Part shown: piece after piece, positions 24,320-35,302 of the stretch
Position numbering within the stretch: the first letter of the stretch is position 1
Layout of the letters: every line of letters begins with the position of its first letter
Origin: Eledone cirrhosa
Lineage: Eukaryota
Direction: 5' to 3'
Length of the DNA: 64,000 bases
Assembly (NCBI GenBank): GCA_964016885.1
Contig: OZ024740.1
Coordinates: forward strand, 397,668,001 to 397,732,000
Translations under genes and position numbers: made by a program
Notes under the pieces: model-generated
Told to the model about the DNA's origin: nothing
Databases searched by the model: none
What the model saw: the letters and a program-made list of their open reading frames with translations, nothing else

Positions 24320-25950
24320 ATATATATATTTAAATTATTGAAGAAAGAGGAAAGAAAAAAGAAAGACAGAGAGAAAACAGATGAGGGGATAATATAGCTA
24401 GTAAAAGTATAGAGAGCAAAAGAGAATTGATTAAGGAAAGAGCGACAAAGAGGAATAATGTTTATAGTGTAAAACATAGGGAAGGATGAATTATATATAT
24501 CTATACAGAACTATACATTTGGGCATAGCCTTGCGAAAGAGTAAACTCGAATCTTTGAATCATTGAATTATTAGAAGTATTCATCAATCTAAATCTTAAA
24601 TATAACTGGGTGTAATTATATGAAGGTTAATTTCCAGTCCTTAGTTAATCAGTTATATATACTATCCAAACGTATCCGGTTGACCGTTAACTTTCAAATC
24701 ATTTAAGTTAGTTCAGAGTAATGAATTATAGCTATATTATCCCCTCATCTGTTTTCTCTCTGTCTTTCTTTTTTCTTTCCTCTTTCTTCAATAATTTAAA
24801 TTATTTGAATCTCTAGCAGTTATGTAAATTGCTGTTATGTATTTTTAAGCTTTCTCACATGCACCCTCTGTATTATATGTATTATATGTAAGTTTTTTCA
24901 TGTTTCAATCTTAAGGTATATAAATATTGAGTTTTGTCATATCTTACTCACTACCATGACTGAATCTTAACCATCTACTATGTCAGGGTATGTCATGCAT
25001 CATCTTATTTTATCTGATGAGGACGTACTGTTGAAGTTAGCTCAGTACCTCTGAAATATGTATAATAAAATATACTTGATCACATGAATGTCTATTTTTG
25101 TTAATATTTTGAATTAATATATATATATACATATATAAAGTCACAGTATCGTAAAAAGAAGATAGAAAGAGGAGGTATGAAGAGGTGCGATACAGATTAT
25201 TACATGCCAAAAGCGGGTGCATAAGTGCTCGATGCTTGGGTTATCGGGGTTAAATATTAGAGAAGGTTAATATTTAGTGTACAAGGATATGCAGAGCGGT
25301 GATAGGCAAAATAATTAATGAAAGAGTTACAAGCCATTAAAACATTAACGGCTTGTAACTCTTTCATTAATCATTTTGCCTATATATATATTGGTACCCT
25401 TGAAATATATATAATAGAATAAATATGGTTTTATAAATGTAGTTTCCATTTATTTAATATCATTGAATATTTACTCCAGAAATCTGTCGAGTGCTCTGAA
25501 TCAGTTATAAACATTTATATTTGTTGTATTTCCAACAAATTAAATATCCCCTCTACTTATATATATATAGGAGTGCATCAAATGCATGCTGGATTAAGTG
25601 TTAGTCTGGTGTGGGTAAAAAATAAAAATTTCCAATAACCTAGTATAAATTTATCAACATAGAGGCACCTATCAACATTCTCTTCTAGAATTCAGGAAGT
25701 TACTTTAGTTATTCAAACTTTCTCAATATATGTTTCTTCTCCGCTACACAAAGTTGGCAATGCCTGACATCGCAATTTGCATTAAGCTCTCTCAATTTCC
25801 AAATAAGGTAAGCCAGTATTGTTCAAGTCTGCTTATCAGCAGATTTAATATTAGCTTATCTATAACACTTTCTAAACTTTTATATTTTCCATGAAAAGAT
25901 CTAAGCGATATAAATAGGCTAACCAAAAAGAGAATTATGGCCCATACATT
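24320..25950. mobile_element. Cluster of Penelope-like fragments and terminal repeats between (TA)n tracts
   Basis: The minus strand near 25720-25810 reads IWKLRELNANCDVRHCQLCVAEKKHI (GIY-YIG C-terminal Cys motif, as at 52.5 kb). Hammerhead at 25006-25072. 25391-25470 is a near-identical inverted copy of about 48975-49053. Inverted repeat 24329-24400 / 24729-24800. Confidence 0.65.
25006..25072 (+). ncRNA. Minimal type I hammerhead ribozyme motif (HHR1)
   Basis: TATTTTAT-CTGATGA-GGACGTACTG..CAGTACCTCT-GAAA-TATGTA-TA^ATAAAATA. Perfect 8-bp stem I. Predicted cleavage after 25064. Confidence 0.8.
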
Positions 25951-26129
25951 TTCACTTTTTTCTCGTTCTTTCAAGAGTAGCTATTTTGATCTTGCCAGAT
26001 AAATAGATAATACAAAAAATGGTATCTACGAGAGTTTAAATCATGGACAGTTTATGAAAGTTAAACAACATATCTGTATATCTTAGTACCGCACAAAGAT
26101 GATATATAATATATCCGTCAACTATGTTG

Positions 26130-26890
26130 AGACCCCATCCCTAAACTATACGATCGCTACATGGTGACGTCATTGAAGCCGTTTCACTCTCCCGCAGAAA
26201 ACCCAATACTTTTCTCTTTCGCTAACTCCTTCCATCTTTCTCTCTGGTACACATCCACCATCTCCGACATCATCAACTTCCTTGACATCTCTATTTCTAT
26301 CCACTACCCAAACCACTCCCTCGATACCTCCACCTTCTACAAGCCTACCGACTTCCATTCCTATTTCACTTCACCTCGTCTCAACTCACCCACACTTAAC
26401 GGCCCATCTCTTATTTTCAATTCCTCCCCCTCTGTAATCCGTGTAGTCCGCAACCCAGTCCTCAAATATGGATTGGTGTTTTTATCGATGCGGGGATCCT
26501 CACACTCAAGTCCAAACCGACATCATCTGCACTCGTCTAGTCGACCGTATTACCACGTCTTACCCCACCTCCAAATATATTCACCTTTCTCTCACACACC
26601 AGCCCTCAATTTTACTCCTCCATCGTAAGATCATGCACAAGTTCCACTTCTTCCGGTTCGATCCCACACCCATCCCCCTCTTCCTCAACTCACCTATCCT
26701 CGCCTCCAACCGTGTCCGTAGCCTACGTGACCCTTTGTTTCACAATTCCTTTTAACCCTTCCCATACAATCCTCTCTTTCTTCAGACTCCGTTGCCACCG
26801 CTGTCCATTCATCACCAACACTACCACCCTCACTGGACCCAATAGCCACACCTTCCACATTTCAGTCTCTTGTAACTCTACTTCATCAAC
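26130..26890 (+). mobile_element. Decayed Penelope-like RT C-terminus/linker fragment
   Basis: INFLDISISIH...LDTSTFYKPTDFHSY (PLE RT FLD..I / Y.KPTD..Y motif) and a downstream RCHRCPFI Cys motif. C-rich coding strand. Confidence 0.7.
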
Positions 26891-26911
26891 AGCTTAAGGT
26901 ACTCGTACGTA

Positions 26912-27784
26912 TCTGTGTAATAATTGTTTCTACTTTTGGCACAAGGCCAGCAATTACCCAGTACATTACTGGTACTTTATTTTATCAACCTCGTAAGAAT
27001 GAAAGGCAAAGTTAACCTCGGTGGGATTTGGACTCAGACCATAAAGGGACGTAACTATGCTGGAAAGCATGTCTGACCCTCTACCGATACTGCCAATTCA
27101 CCACCCTAGGAAGGTCTGCGGGACTGCATACGTTTTTTTGTTTTTTTATCCCGTTAGTAAAATAAGTTGGATTACTTTGAATAAATAATTGTTTCTACTT
27201 TTGGCACAAGGCCAGCAAATACTCAGTGTATTACTGGTACTTTATTTTATCGACGCCATAAGGATGAAAGGCAAAGTTAACCTCGGCGGGATTTGAACTC
27301 AGAATGGCAAGGGCCGTAACTCTATGCGTCAAAGCATGCGTCCGACCCTCTACCGATACTGCCAATTAATGAATATTACATAATTTATCTACTAAATTTC
27401 GTAAAGATAAATAATTTAAAATTGACTTCTTTTCAAAGTTGCACTTCCGGTATATCGTTGCAACCACCACCACCACTTCAACTACCATATATATATAGAA
27501 AGAGAGAGTGTGTCATGTCAACACTTCCGGTGGCAATCACTTGAATAAACATAGTTATTTTCTCCTAATGCAGTTTATATATAATATCGTCTTTTTTTAA
27601 TGTATCATGGATTACGTTACTGATTACATAAGACAGTGTAACAACGTCTTCGTTCAATTTCTGTTTATATTGTCAATTACGATTTTATTTGATGTATATA
27701 CATGTATATATACTTGCGTATAATATCAATATACACACTACACATGCTAGCAGAAAACCACGCGAAGGGTGGTTTTTCTGCTAG
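26912..27784 (+). mobile_element. Non-autonomous Helitron carrying two SINE insertions
   Basis: A|TCTGTGTAATAA 5' end and CTAG|T 3' end with a long terminal hairpin. The body aligns with 40779-41623 (inverted). Confidence 0.75.
26919..27367 (-). mobile_element. Two Meta-like SINE copies (about 26919-27107 and 27184-27367) nested in a Helitron; another at about 28034-28219
   Basis: Reverse-complement matches to the family consensus. Confidence 0.85.
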
Positions 27785-27859
27785 TTGTAGTAATTCACTT
27801 TCATGTGCATCCAGTACACTCCTTAAGATTTCATTGGTTTTAAATATATGCAGAAATAA

Positions 27860-28665
27860 CATGACATAATCTTAACCGATAAAATATTTCAATTAAAAGA
27901 AATGTTATTCATTTTATTCACAGTTGTATAAATAACCTTACAAATTGTTCACAATTCTTTCATAATGAAAATATAAACACATATAATAAATACAATTAAC
28001 TATTGCTAGGAACCTTACAAATATAACCATATATAATTGTTTCTACTTTAGGCACAAGGCCAGCAATTACCCAGTACATTACTGGTACTTTATTTTATCG
28101 ACCCCGTAAGGATGAAAGGCAAAGTTAACCTCGGCGGGATTTGAACTCAGACTGTAAAGGGACGTAACTATGCTAGAAAGCATGGCGTCCAACCCTCTAC
28201 CGATACTGCCAATTCACCGTAATAAAAACAATTAATTATTGCTAGGAACCTCGCAAATATAACCCGCCAAAATATATGACCAGAGCAAGAGAAAGAAAGA
28301 AAAAAGGTGGGGCACATAAACGGCCATCAATTCACCACCCAATGTGACAATCGGTCACACATCACATCACAAGGGTCAACGGAAATTTTTGAAGCAAGCC
28401 AATACGCTGGCAGCATTAGCACGGGTGATGGCGAGGCTAAGGTGTTGAAACAACCAGGCACACTCACCTGGAGCATCGCCTACCACATCAATAAGGCCGG
28501 GTGATGGCGAGGCTAAGGCGGTGAAACAACCAGGCATCCTCATCTGGAGCATCACCTGACACATCAGTAAGGCGAGCCGTCAACGATGACAAGAACCTCG
28601 CTGTCAGCGGCTCAACTACACCAAATATCTCGAACGTCACAAGCTGGAAAAAATAATTGTTGCGG
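27860..28665 (-). mobile_element. CRE-like RLE 3' fragment with 3' UTR, an internal duplication of about 75 bp and a SINE insertion
   Basis: ORFs 28488-28679 and 28376-28564 (WLFHRLSLAITR occurs twice in variant form). The UTR matches 34660-34746 in inverted orientation. Confidence 0.75.
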
Positions 28666-28929
28666 TAATTTATGATCATGTGACTTAAGAAACCTCGCGA
28701 AAATTTGGTAATTTATGATCATGTTGACTTAAGAAACCTCGCGAAAATTTGAAATGTGAAATATAATTTTCCTAAAGTAAATGACTATAAGAATAGTCGA
28801 TCACTGTAGATAAATTGTTGAGAAAATCGGGTCAAGTCTCCTTGAGGAGGAACAAAAATGGACAAAGGCGCCTTTGTTCCGTCTTCAGAGGGTTCTCAAC
28901 TATTATTTATAGATCGACTATTGTTATAG

Positions 28930-29310
28930 CTTGGGACAAGTATATTTCTTCCTCTTCTTTGCCCACTTATTCCTGAGAGGGTTGTGTGGGCAGAGTCTTA
29001 AAACACTCCTTCCAGTGGGAAGCAACTGTCTCCAACTGATTCGGCTGGATCCCCAAAGAGAGACAGCCAAGCTCATAGATGTTATCCAATCTTCTTGCTC
29101 GGGGTCTACCCCTGGGTCTCCTGTCGGTTGGTTTTGCCCGTAATATCTGTCCAGCATATTTTCCCTGAGACATTCTAAGCACATGCCCATAGTATTGGAA
29201 CTGTGATCTCTCAACTCGGAGAAGTAGCGGCTCTACCTGAAGCGACTCACTGATCTGCAAGTTACGCACTCTATCGATTAACATTACTGCAAAGACCCTT
29301 CAAAGGAACC
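28930..29310 (-). mobile_element. Expander/Rex3-like RTE 3' fragment
   Basis: ORF 28967-29284 reads LQVEPLLLRVERSQFQYYGHVLRM...PTDRRPRGRPRAR, a typical Expander-group C-terminus. Confidence 0.75.
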
Positions 29311-30268
29311 CCATAAAAAGATTTCGGCCCCATAAAAGTGTAGCCCGGGGCGGACCGCCCCACTCACCTCCCTCTAGCTACGCTGCTGCTCAGTGTGGTT
29401 GTTGTTACTGTTGTTGTAGCTAGTCTTGTTTCTTTCTGCTGCTGTTTTCAATTTAATGTTCCAATGTTCAATGGAGAGTGATCAGTGTCAGCTTTTATTA
29501 CCTGTCTCTCTTTAAGTTGATTAGTTATCCTAATGATGTCGTGTGCTGGCAAGCGTAAAGCTTGGGTGTTAAATGGTTTTCTCTGATGGCGGTGTTGTTT
29601 TTAGGTCTCGTATGGTATTGAGACACACTTAAGGCTACAACTCTTCTTATGTGGCAAATATAATTTGACAATCACAGCAATACTGAATAGTTTGTGTGTT
29701 GTCATTGAATTCTTGTAGTGGGCAGCTCAGAAAGCCAAGTGTAACCATAACGATCTAAGAACAGAAGAAAGCAACACACTTCTCGTGGTCACAGGTTGCG
29801 GAAAAGTAACCATATACTTGATCTACCACACAACACTCTATACAATAAATCACTGTATGTTAGAGTACACAATGTGTTATACGTACATACAGATAGGTGA
29901 AGGAATGGTATATTTAGAACAATTGATCTGTGAATCATACTTAATCGTTCTCTCATATCTAGCTGTGTTCGATCGGGGCTTAACCACCATCACAACTATA
30001 TAACACACAGTGATTACATTCGTAAAACACATACTTTGATCAATGTGTACAGACACAAAGAATATTAAGCAGTGAGTGGAAACCGTTACACAAATATATA
30101 CACGCATTCCTTTTACAAACATTGACATTGCCACAACAAGCTGTCATAGTAAAGCTGTTATCTTAAAGTAACCAGAATATATTCAGCAAACTGTTTTCAA
30201 TTAATTGATATAAAAACCAGTCAATTCTTTCCCCTTTCCTTTAATCCAGCGTAGTTTTCAGAGAAAGG

Positions 30269-32296
30269 TATAACAAAATACTGGTGTGTATGAATATAAC
30301 AAGGACGATTGGTTTGTGTGTATAATATTTAATTAATAATTTGTGGATATATAGAACAGTATAGTTGACATGTCAATGAATAGATGAAAGAATGAAGTTA
30401 TTAGTTACCGTTTGATTGCCAGGCGAACGTGGCTGGCAGAAGACGCCTGGCGAAGGCCAGGCGCCGGAAGGGCAAATGAGAGAGAGAGAACTTAAAGTTG
30501 TTAGTTTTATAGGGTTCTGACCGGAAGTTACAGAAAGGGTTCTACTTCCTGTCTAGAGAGCGTTAATCTATTGGGGTTGTGAGTGTCACAACAAGGGAGG
30601 CAACTCCTGCTACATTATCTTCCGCCAGATTTTTAAAATATAAAAATCGAATGAAATATGTATGTAATAAGTTGGCGAGAATGTTGTAACAGGCATGAAA
30701 ATTACGAAAAAAAAATAATGTTTGCAAAAATCAATGATAGATATCAAGGTAGTCAACCGCTCTTGGCCAGAGAACGACTGGACATCTATCTATCCATCAC
30801 CCAAAGATACAATGTAATAAAGTAAGAGAAGAGCTCAAAGTTCAAATGTACAAAATATAGATCACAGGTGTGCAATCACATGACAGCAGGAAAGAAAGTG
30901 TATTCCAGAGAATTAATGCAGGTGGTTTCTGTTCTGTGGTATATCGTGAAATTTCCAACCTCCGAATGGATTTTCTCACAGAAAGAGTGCTGCAAAAATA
31001 AATTCTCTGGTTTTGGTTGTTGATGAAGCTGTGTTGCTGTTGATGTTGTTCTCTCGCGGGGTGAGCGTATTCGATGTTTAAATTCACAGTAAAAATATTT
31101 TTTTCAGAAAAAATGAGTTGCGCAAAGTGCTAGAAATAACAGCCGAAGTTGATGGTCGATGTTGAGAATGCGTTGACCTGGAAGGGTCAAGAGGCCAGCG
31201 ACCAAAGAAATAAGCATTCTGAATAAATGCGCAGTTTTCAACGGCAAATTTACGTGGTAAATTTTTAAACCGGCAAATAGGAGAATATAGCTTAAGGCTG
31301 GAGAATCCTTGGCGAGAAACGTTATCCCTGGCGTGTGGCTATCTCAGTGAATCGAGATATCTCCGTGAGTCGAGAATCCTGCTGCCTACACGTGCCAAAA
31401 CAAGGTTAAGTTGAAAAAAAAAAATTTATAATGCGCGAGAAAATGGCGCGAAAATGATAGTGCAACAGGTCGTTGGCAGCCATTTTGAAAAAAATGTGTG
31501 TGTGAAAGTGACAATGATGAAAAAGAAAGAAAGGCTTCACTTAGTATAACAAATATGACGAGTTAAATTTTTTTTTTTGGTGTGAACTTTGAAAAAAACT
31601 TGAACGATGAAGAAAACGATGAAAAAAAAGGCAATGGTTGAGATTCATCGAAAATAAATGTTCCTGTTGAAATGTTTTTTAAAAAAATCAATTTCTTTTT
31701 TTGTTTTTAAAGTGTTCGTTGTAAGAAAGCAACGAAAAAAAAAAAAAAAATATATATATACAGTGAAATGCGACAGTTAGTTGATGCGTGAGAGAAAAAG
31801 TATGTCTGAACGAGAATTTCACATGTGCGTTTCTTTGACTGCGTATTTTCATAGTTTGTCAATCAAATTTGCTGTGTATTCGAAATGTTACTCACACGAC
31901 ACCAGATTCTGCTATTTTTTCTTTTTTTCGGGGTCATCACTTATAACAATGAACGGCTGCGTATTCGTATCACGTCGGTGTGTATCAAAAAATACTGGTG
32001 TGTATAATATTTTATAAACAATTTGTGGATATATAGAACAGTATAGTTGACATGTCAATGAATAGATGAAAGAATGAAGTTATTAGTTACCGTTTGATTG
32101 CCAGGCGAACGCGGCTGGCAGAAGACGCCTGGCGAAGACCAGGCGCCGGAAGGGCAAATGTGAGAGAGAGAACTTAAAGTTGTTAGTTTTATAGGGTTCT
32201 GACCGGAAGTTACAGAAAGGGTTCTACTTCCTGTCTAGAGAGCGTTAATCTATTGGGGTTGTGAGTGTCACAACAAGGGAGGCAACTCCTGCTACA
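30269..32296 (-). mobile_element. Non-autonomous LTR retroelement (TRIM/LARD-like, 2028 bp), tRNA-Trp primed
   Basis: Direct repeats at 30269-30614 and 31942-32296, nearly identical over about 280 bp and starting TGTAGCAGGAG on the - strand. 4-bp TSD AAGG (30265-30268, 32297-32300). PBS TGaTGACCCCG (31929-31939) is complementary to the tRNA-Trp 3' end. Purine-rich GGCGGAAGATAA precedes the 3' LTR. No gag/pol is visible in the 1.3-kb interior. Confidence 0.85.
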
Positions 32297-32584
32297 AAGG
32301 CATCTTCACCTGTTTAAAACAGTTTATATATGTCATTCATTTAAAAACTTTTATATATTCAAACAATGTAATGTTTTCTTAGTTATGTATATGTCTTTAT
32401 AAGTCGTCTCACGTTTATTATATATAAATATATTAAATTAAATTACGAGATCAATCAAATCGGCATTCAATGAATCTATGAAGCAAATGATGTATTCAGC
32501 ATTTAACACTCTCTGTTTTGTATCCGGCTTCAAACTGTGAAACAGAAAACTTTTCAAAAATTTAAACAAGTAAAAAGCATGACT

Positions 32585-33110
32585 TAAAATTTATTTATTT
32601 GTTGAAAGACAGTAAAATGTTTTCTTCTCGGGTTGTTCTGTACCACTTGTAGTGAAAATTGTTGGCAGAGGTTCTTGAGGCAAGCCAGCACACTCGCAGC
32701 GCTGCCTCGGGTGATGGCGAGGCTAATGCACTGGAACAACCAAGCGCCCTCGCGAAATTCGCCAGTTACCTCTATTAGGCGAGCCGCCAGTGAAGAAGGA
32801 ACCTCGCAGTCAGCGGCCCGACTCCCCCAAACGTCTCGAAAGCCACAGCCTGAAAAAGCCGACAAATCACAGTATTTGAGGGTCTTACTCCGCTCGGCTG
32901 CGTAAACTGTGGCTCTCACCCTAACCGCATCATCCAGGATGTGGGAAGAAGCAAAAGAGTCACTAACAGAGACGTCCCAGATAAGGCACCTGCCTCTCGA
33001 CCAGGGCACAGGGTAAGACCGTCAGGTCTTTTGCCATCCCTTCTGGACAACCCAGATGGTTCTAAGATTGAGGCGATGTTCGCCTGGGCCAGAGCTCTCT
33101 TGAGAATAAG
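32585..33110 (-). mobile_element. CRE-like RLE fragment
   Basis: EPSGLSRRDGKRPDG, PWSRGRCLIWDVSVSDSFA...AERSKTLKY, WLFQCISLAITRGSAASVL. Confidence 0.8.
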
Positions 33111-33389
33111 GTTTTAAAAACTAGATATCGCTTGTTTCGTCCGGTTTGTAAAATAGTGACATATACAACTCTCGCTAACCAGCCTTGCTGGAGTTGACAC
33201 TAGCTGAAAAAAATTTACCAACACAAATCGGGTCAGTTAAATATTACTACGTTTGCACACATCACTATACATCACTATACATATATTCTTTTCCATTGTT
33301 CGTTGCTGCACATGATTTCAAAGACAATATTTTATTATGAAAATAGCATTTGTATAACTCATTGAATAATAATGATAAAGAAAAAAAAA

Positions 33390-33665
33390 AGGGGAGAGGG
33401 GAAATTCACCACCAAGTGCGACAATCGGCTGCACGTCACGCCTTAGGGGTTAACTAAACACTTTGAGGCAATCCAACATGCTCGCAGCATTACCACGAGT
33501 GATGGCGAGACTAAAGCGCTGAAATAACCAGGCACCCTCACGGTCATCAGTAAGGTAAGCGGCCAGATTTGACAAGGATTTCGGCCCAATTCCACCAAGC
33601 GTCTCGAACGCCACAGGCTGGAAAAAATAATTATTAGATAAATCCAGGTATTCAAAGTAAATCAT
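33390..33665 (-). mobile_element. CRE-like RLE 3' fragment
   Basis: ORF 33450-33665 reads FQPVAFETLGGIGPKS...REGAWLFQRFSLAITRGNAASML. Confidence 0.8.
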
Positions 33666-34009
33666 GTTAGAAATAAAAATGTTAAAATTAGCGGTGTCTT
33701 ATTCATTTGGTAATTCTTATCTGGATATGGGAAAATCATCTTCCCAATGGTAATATCATATCACACCACAACAGAGTACAACGTCGTTTCCTTGAATATG
33801 GCAAAACTTCTCTCGACTCACTGAGACCAACTTCACACTTCACCACCACCATAACTACTACTACCACTACTTGTCCATCAAATCATATCTGGAATAAAGC
33901 ATTGGGCAGCATATCTGGACAGTATCATCGTTGCAACGATAAGCTAAACATTTAACTCTCTTTTTGGTAATTCTGATCAATTTTCTATGTGCTGCTTATT
34001 TTCTGCAAA

Positions 34010-34746
34010 CGCAAAGTTCTCGGGAGACTGGATTGATACTCTACCTGTGGCCAACATTGATGGATGGTCTTCTCAGTCAGGACGAGCTCTGCATCTCCAA
34101 TGCACTCGAGTAGGAGCCGATGTCTGAGATGTCGCTGTGGTAGGTCCCATGACTCCACAAACCTCCATGATTTGTCCTGCCACCTGAATGCTGGTCGCTT
34201 CGTTCGCCACATCTAATTATTAAGCGGGCTCTAGCTCGGGTAAATATCACTTCAGTTCTGGAGCCGGCTAGATTATCCAGAAGTAATGGGAAGAGACCAG
34301 ACTTCCTTACCTTTTGTCCCTGGTGTTTCATCTGGGACACCACAGTCAGTGACTCATTTGCTCCCTCACACATCATGGATGCCGCGGTAAAAGTGAGGGT
34401 CACTGCTTCCATTGCTGAATGGAATAAAACCCGAAAATACCTGGAACTATCAACAATTATTTTGTCCAGCCTGTGGCGTTCGAGACATTTGGTGTAGTTG
34501 AGCTGTTGACAGCGAAGTTCTTGTCATCGTTGACGGCTCAGCTTACTGATGTGTCAGGTGATGCTCTGGGTGGGGGTGCTTGGTTGTTTCACCGCCTTAG
34601 CCTCGCCATCACCCGTACTAATGCTGCCAGCGTATTGGCTTGCCTCAATTGGCTTGAACAAGTTGTAACGTTATTTATACAACTGTGAATAAAATGAATA
34701 AAATTTCTTTTAATTTAAATATTTTATCGGTTAAGATTATGTCATG
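34010..34746 (+). mobile_element. CRE-like non-LTR element 3' fragment (CCHC finger + restriction-like endonuclease + 3' UTR)
   Basis: Across frameshifts it reads SGDWIDTLPVAN...CRCGRSHDSTNLHDLSC...GRFVRH...IKRALAR...LEP...KRPD...WDTTVSD...AEWNKTRKY...FETFG...WLFHRLSLAITRTNAASVL. Confidence 0.8.
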
Positions 34747-35108
34747 ACATGTCAAAGAAATAGGGTTTTTTTTTTGTTTTGTTTTCCATCTAAAATAAAT
34801 CGATTAGTTTAGCTGTACTACTATCTCAAATTATTGATGAAAGTTTCGATAGATTGTTGGTGACTACTCAACAAACTGAATGAGTCACAAAGTCTGATGT
34901 TAACATTATTAAAATTAAATAATTCGTGGTAATAGAGCGAACATTCAACAGGATATTCGATAAAACACGATGTGATTAATTATTATGGAAATTTAAAAAA
35001 ATTGCTAACCTATTTTCCCCAAATATTCCAAAATAAAATTTTGACTCAAATGCATGACACTGATTGAGTAATAGGCTGAAATACATCGTTATATTGATAT
35101 GATAAGGT

Positions 35109-35302
35109 CAGACCTGTCAACTCTCCTCGTCCGACAGGGAGATCTCCCACCCACTTTGGGATGGGTGAGAGATATTTTCTCTTGTGAAAATGGGTATAGC
35201 TTACATTATGTAAAATCTCCCCATTTTGCTTAATTTCTCTCCGTTTTGGGGCACCTTTTTCATGGTACTCCCCGTTTGGGTTTTTAGAGGTTGGCAGGTC
35301 TA
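35109..35302. mobile_element. MITE with CAGACCTG(T/C)CAAC TIRs and 6-bp TSD
   Basis: TAAGGT|CAGACCTGTCAAC...GTTGGCAGGTCTa|TAAGGT. A second copy lies at 39108-39298. Confidence 0.85.

Noticed and set aside
28838-28892. Hairpin containing CTGAAGA on the - strand (possible hammerhead)
   Set aside because: No GAAA or stem III follows the putative stem II.
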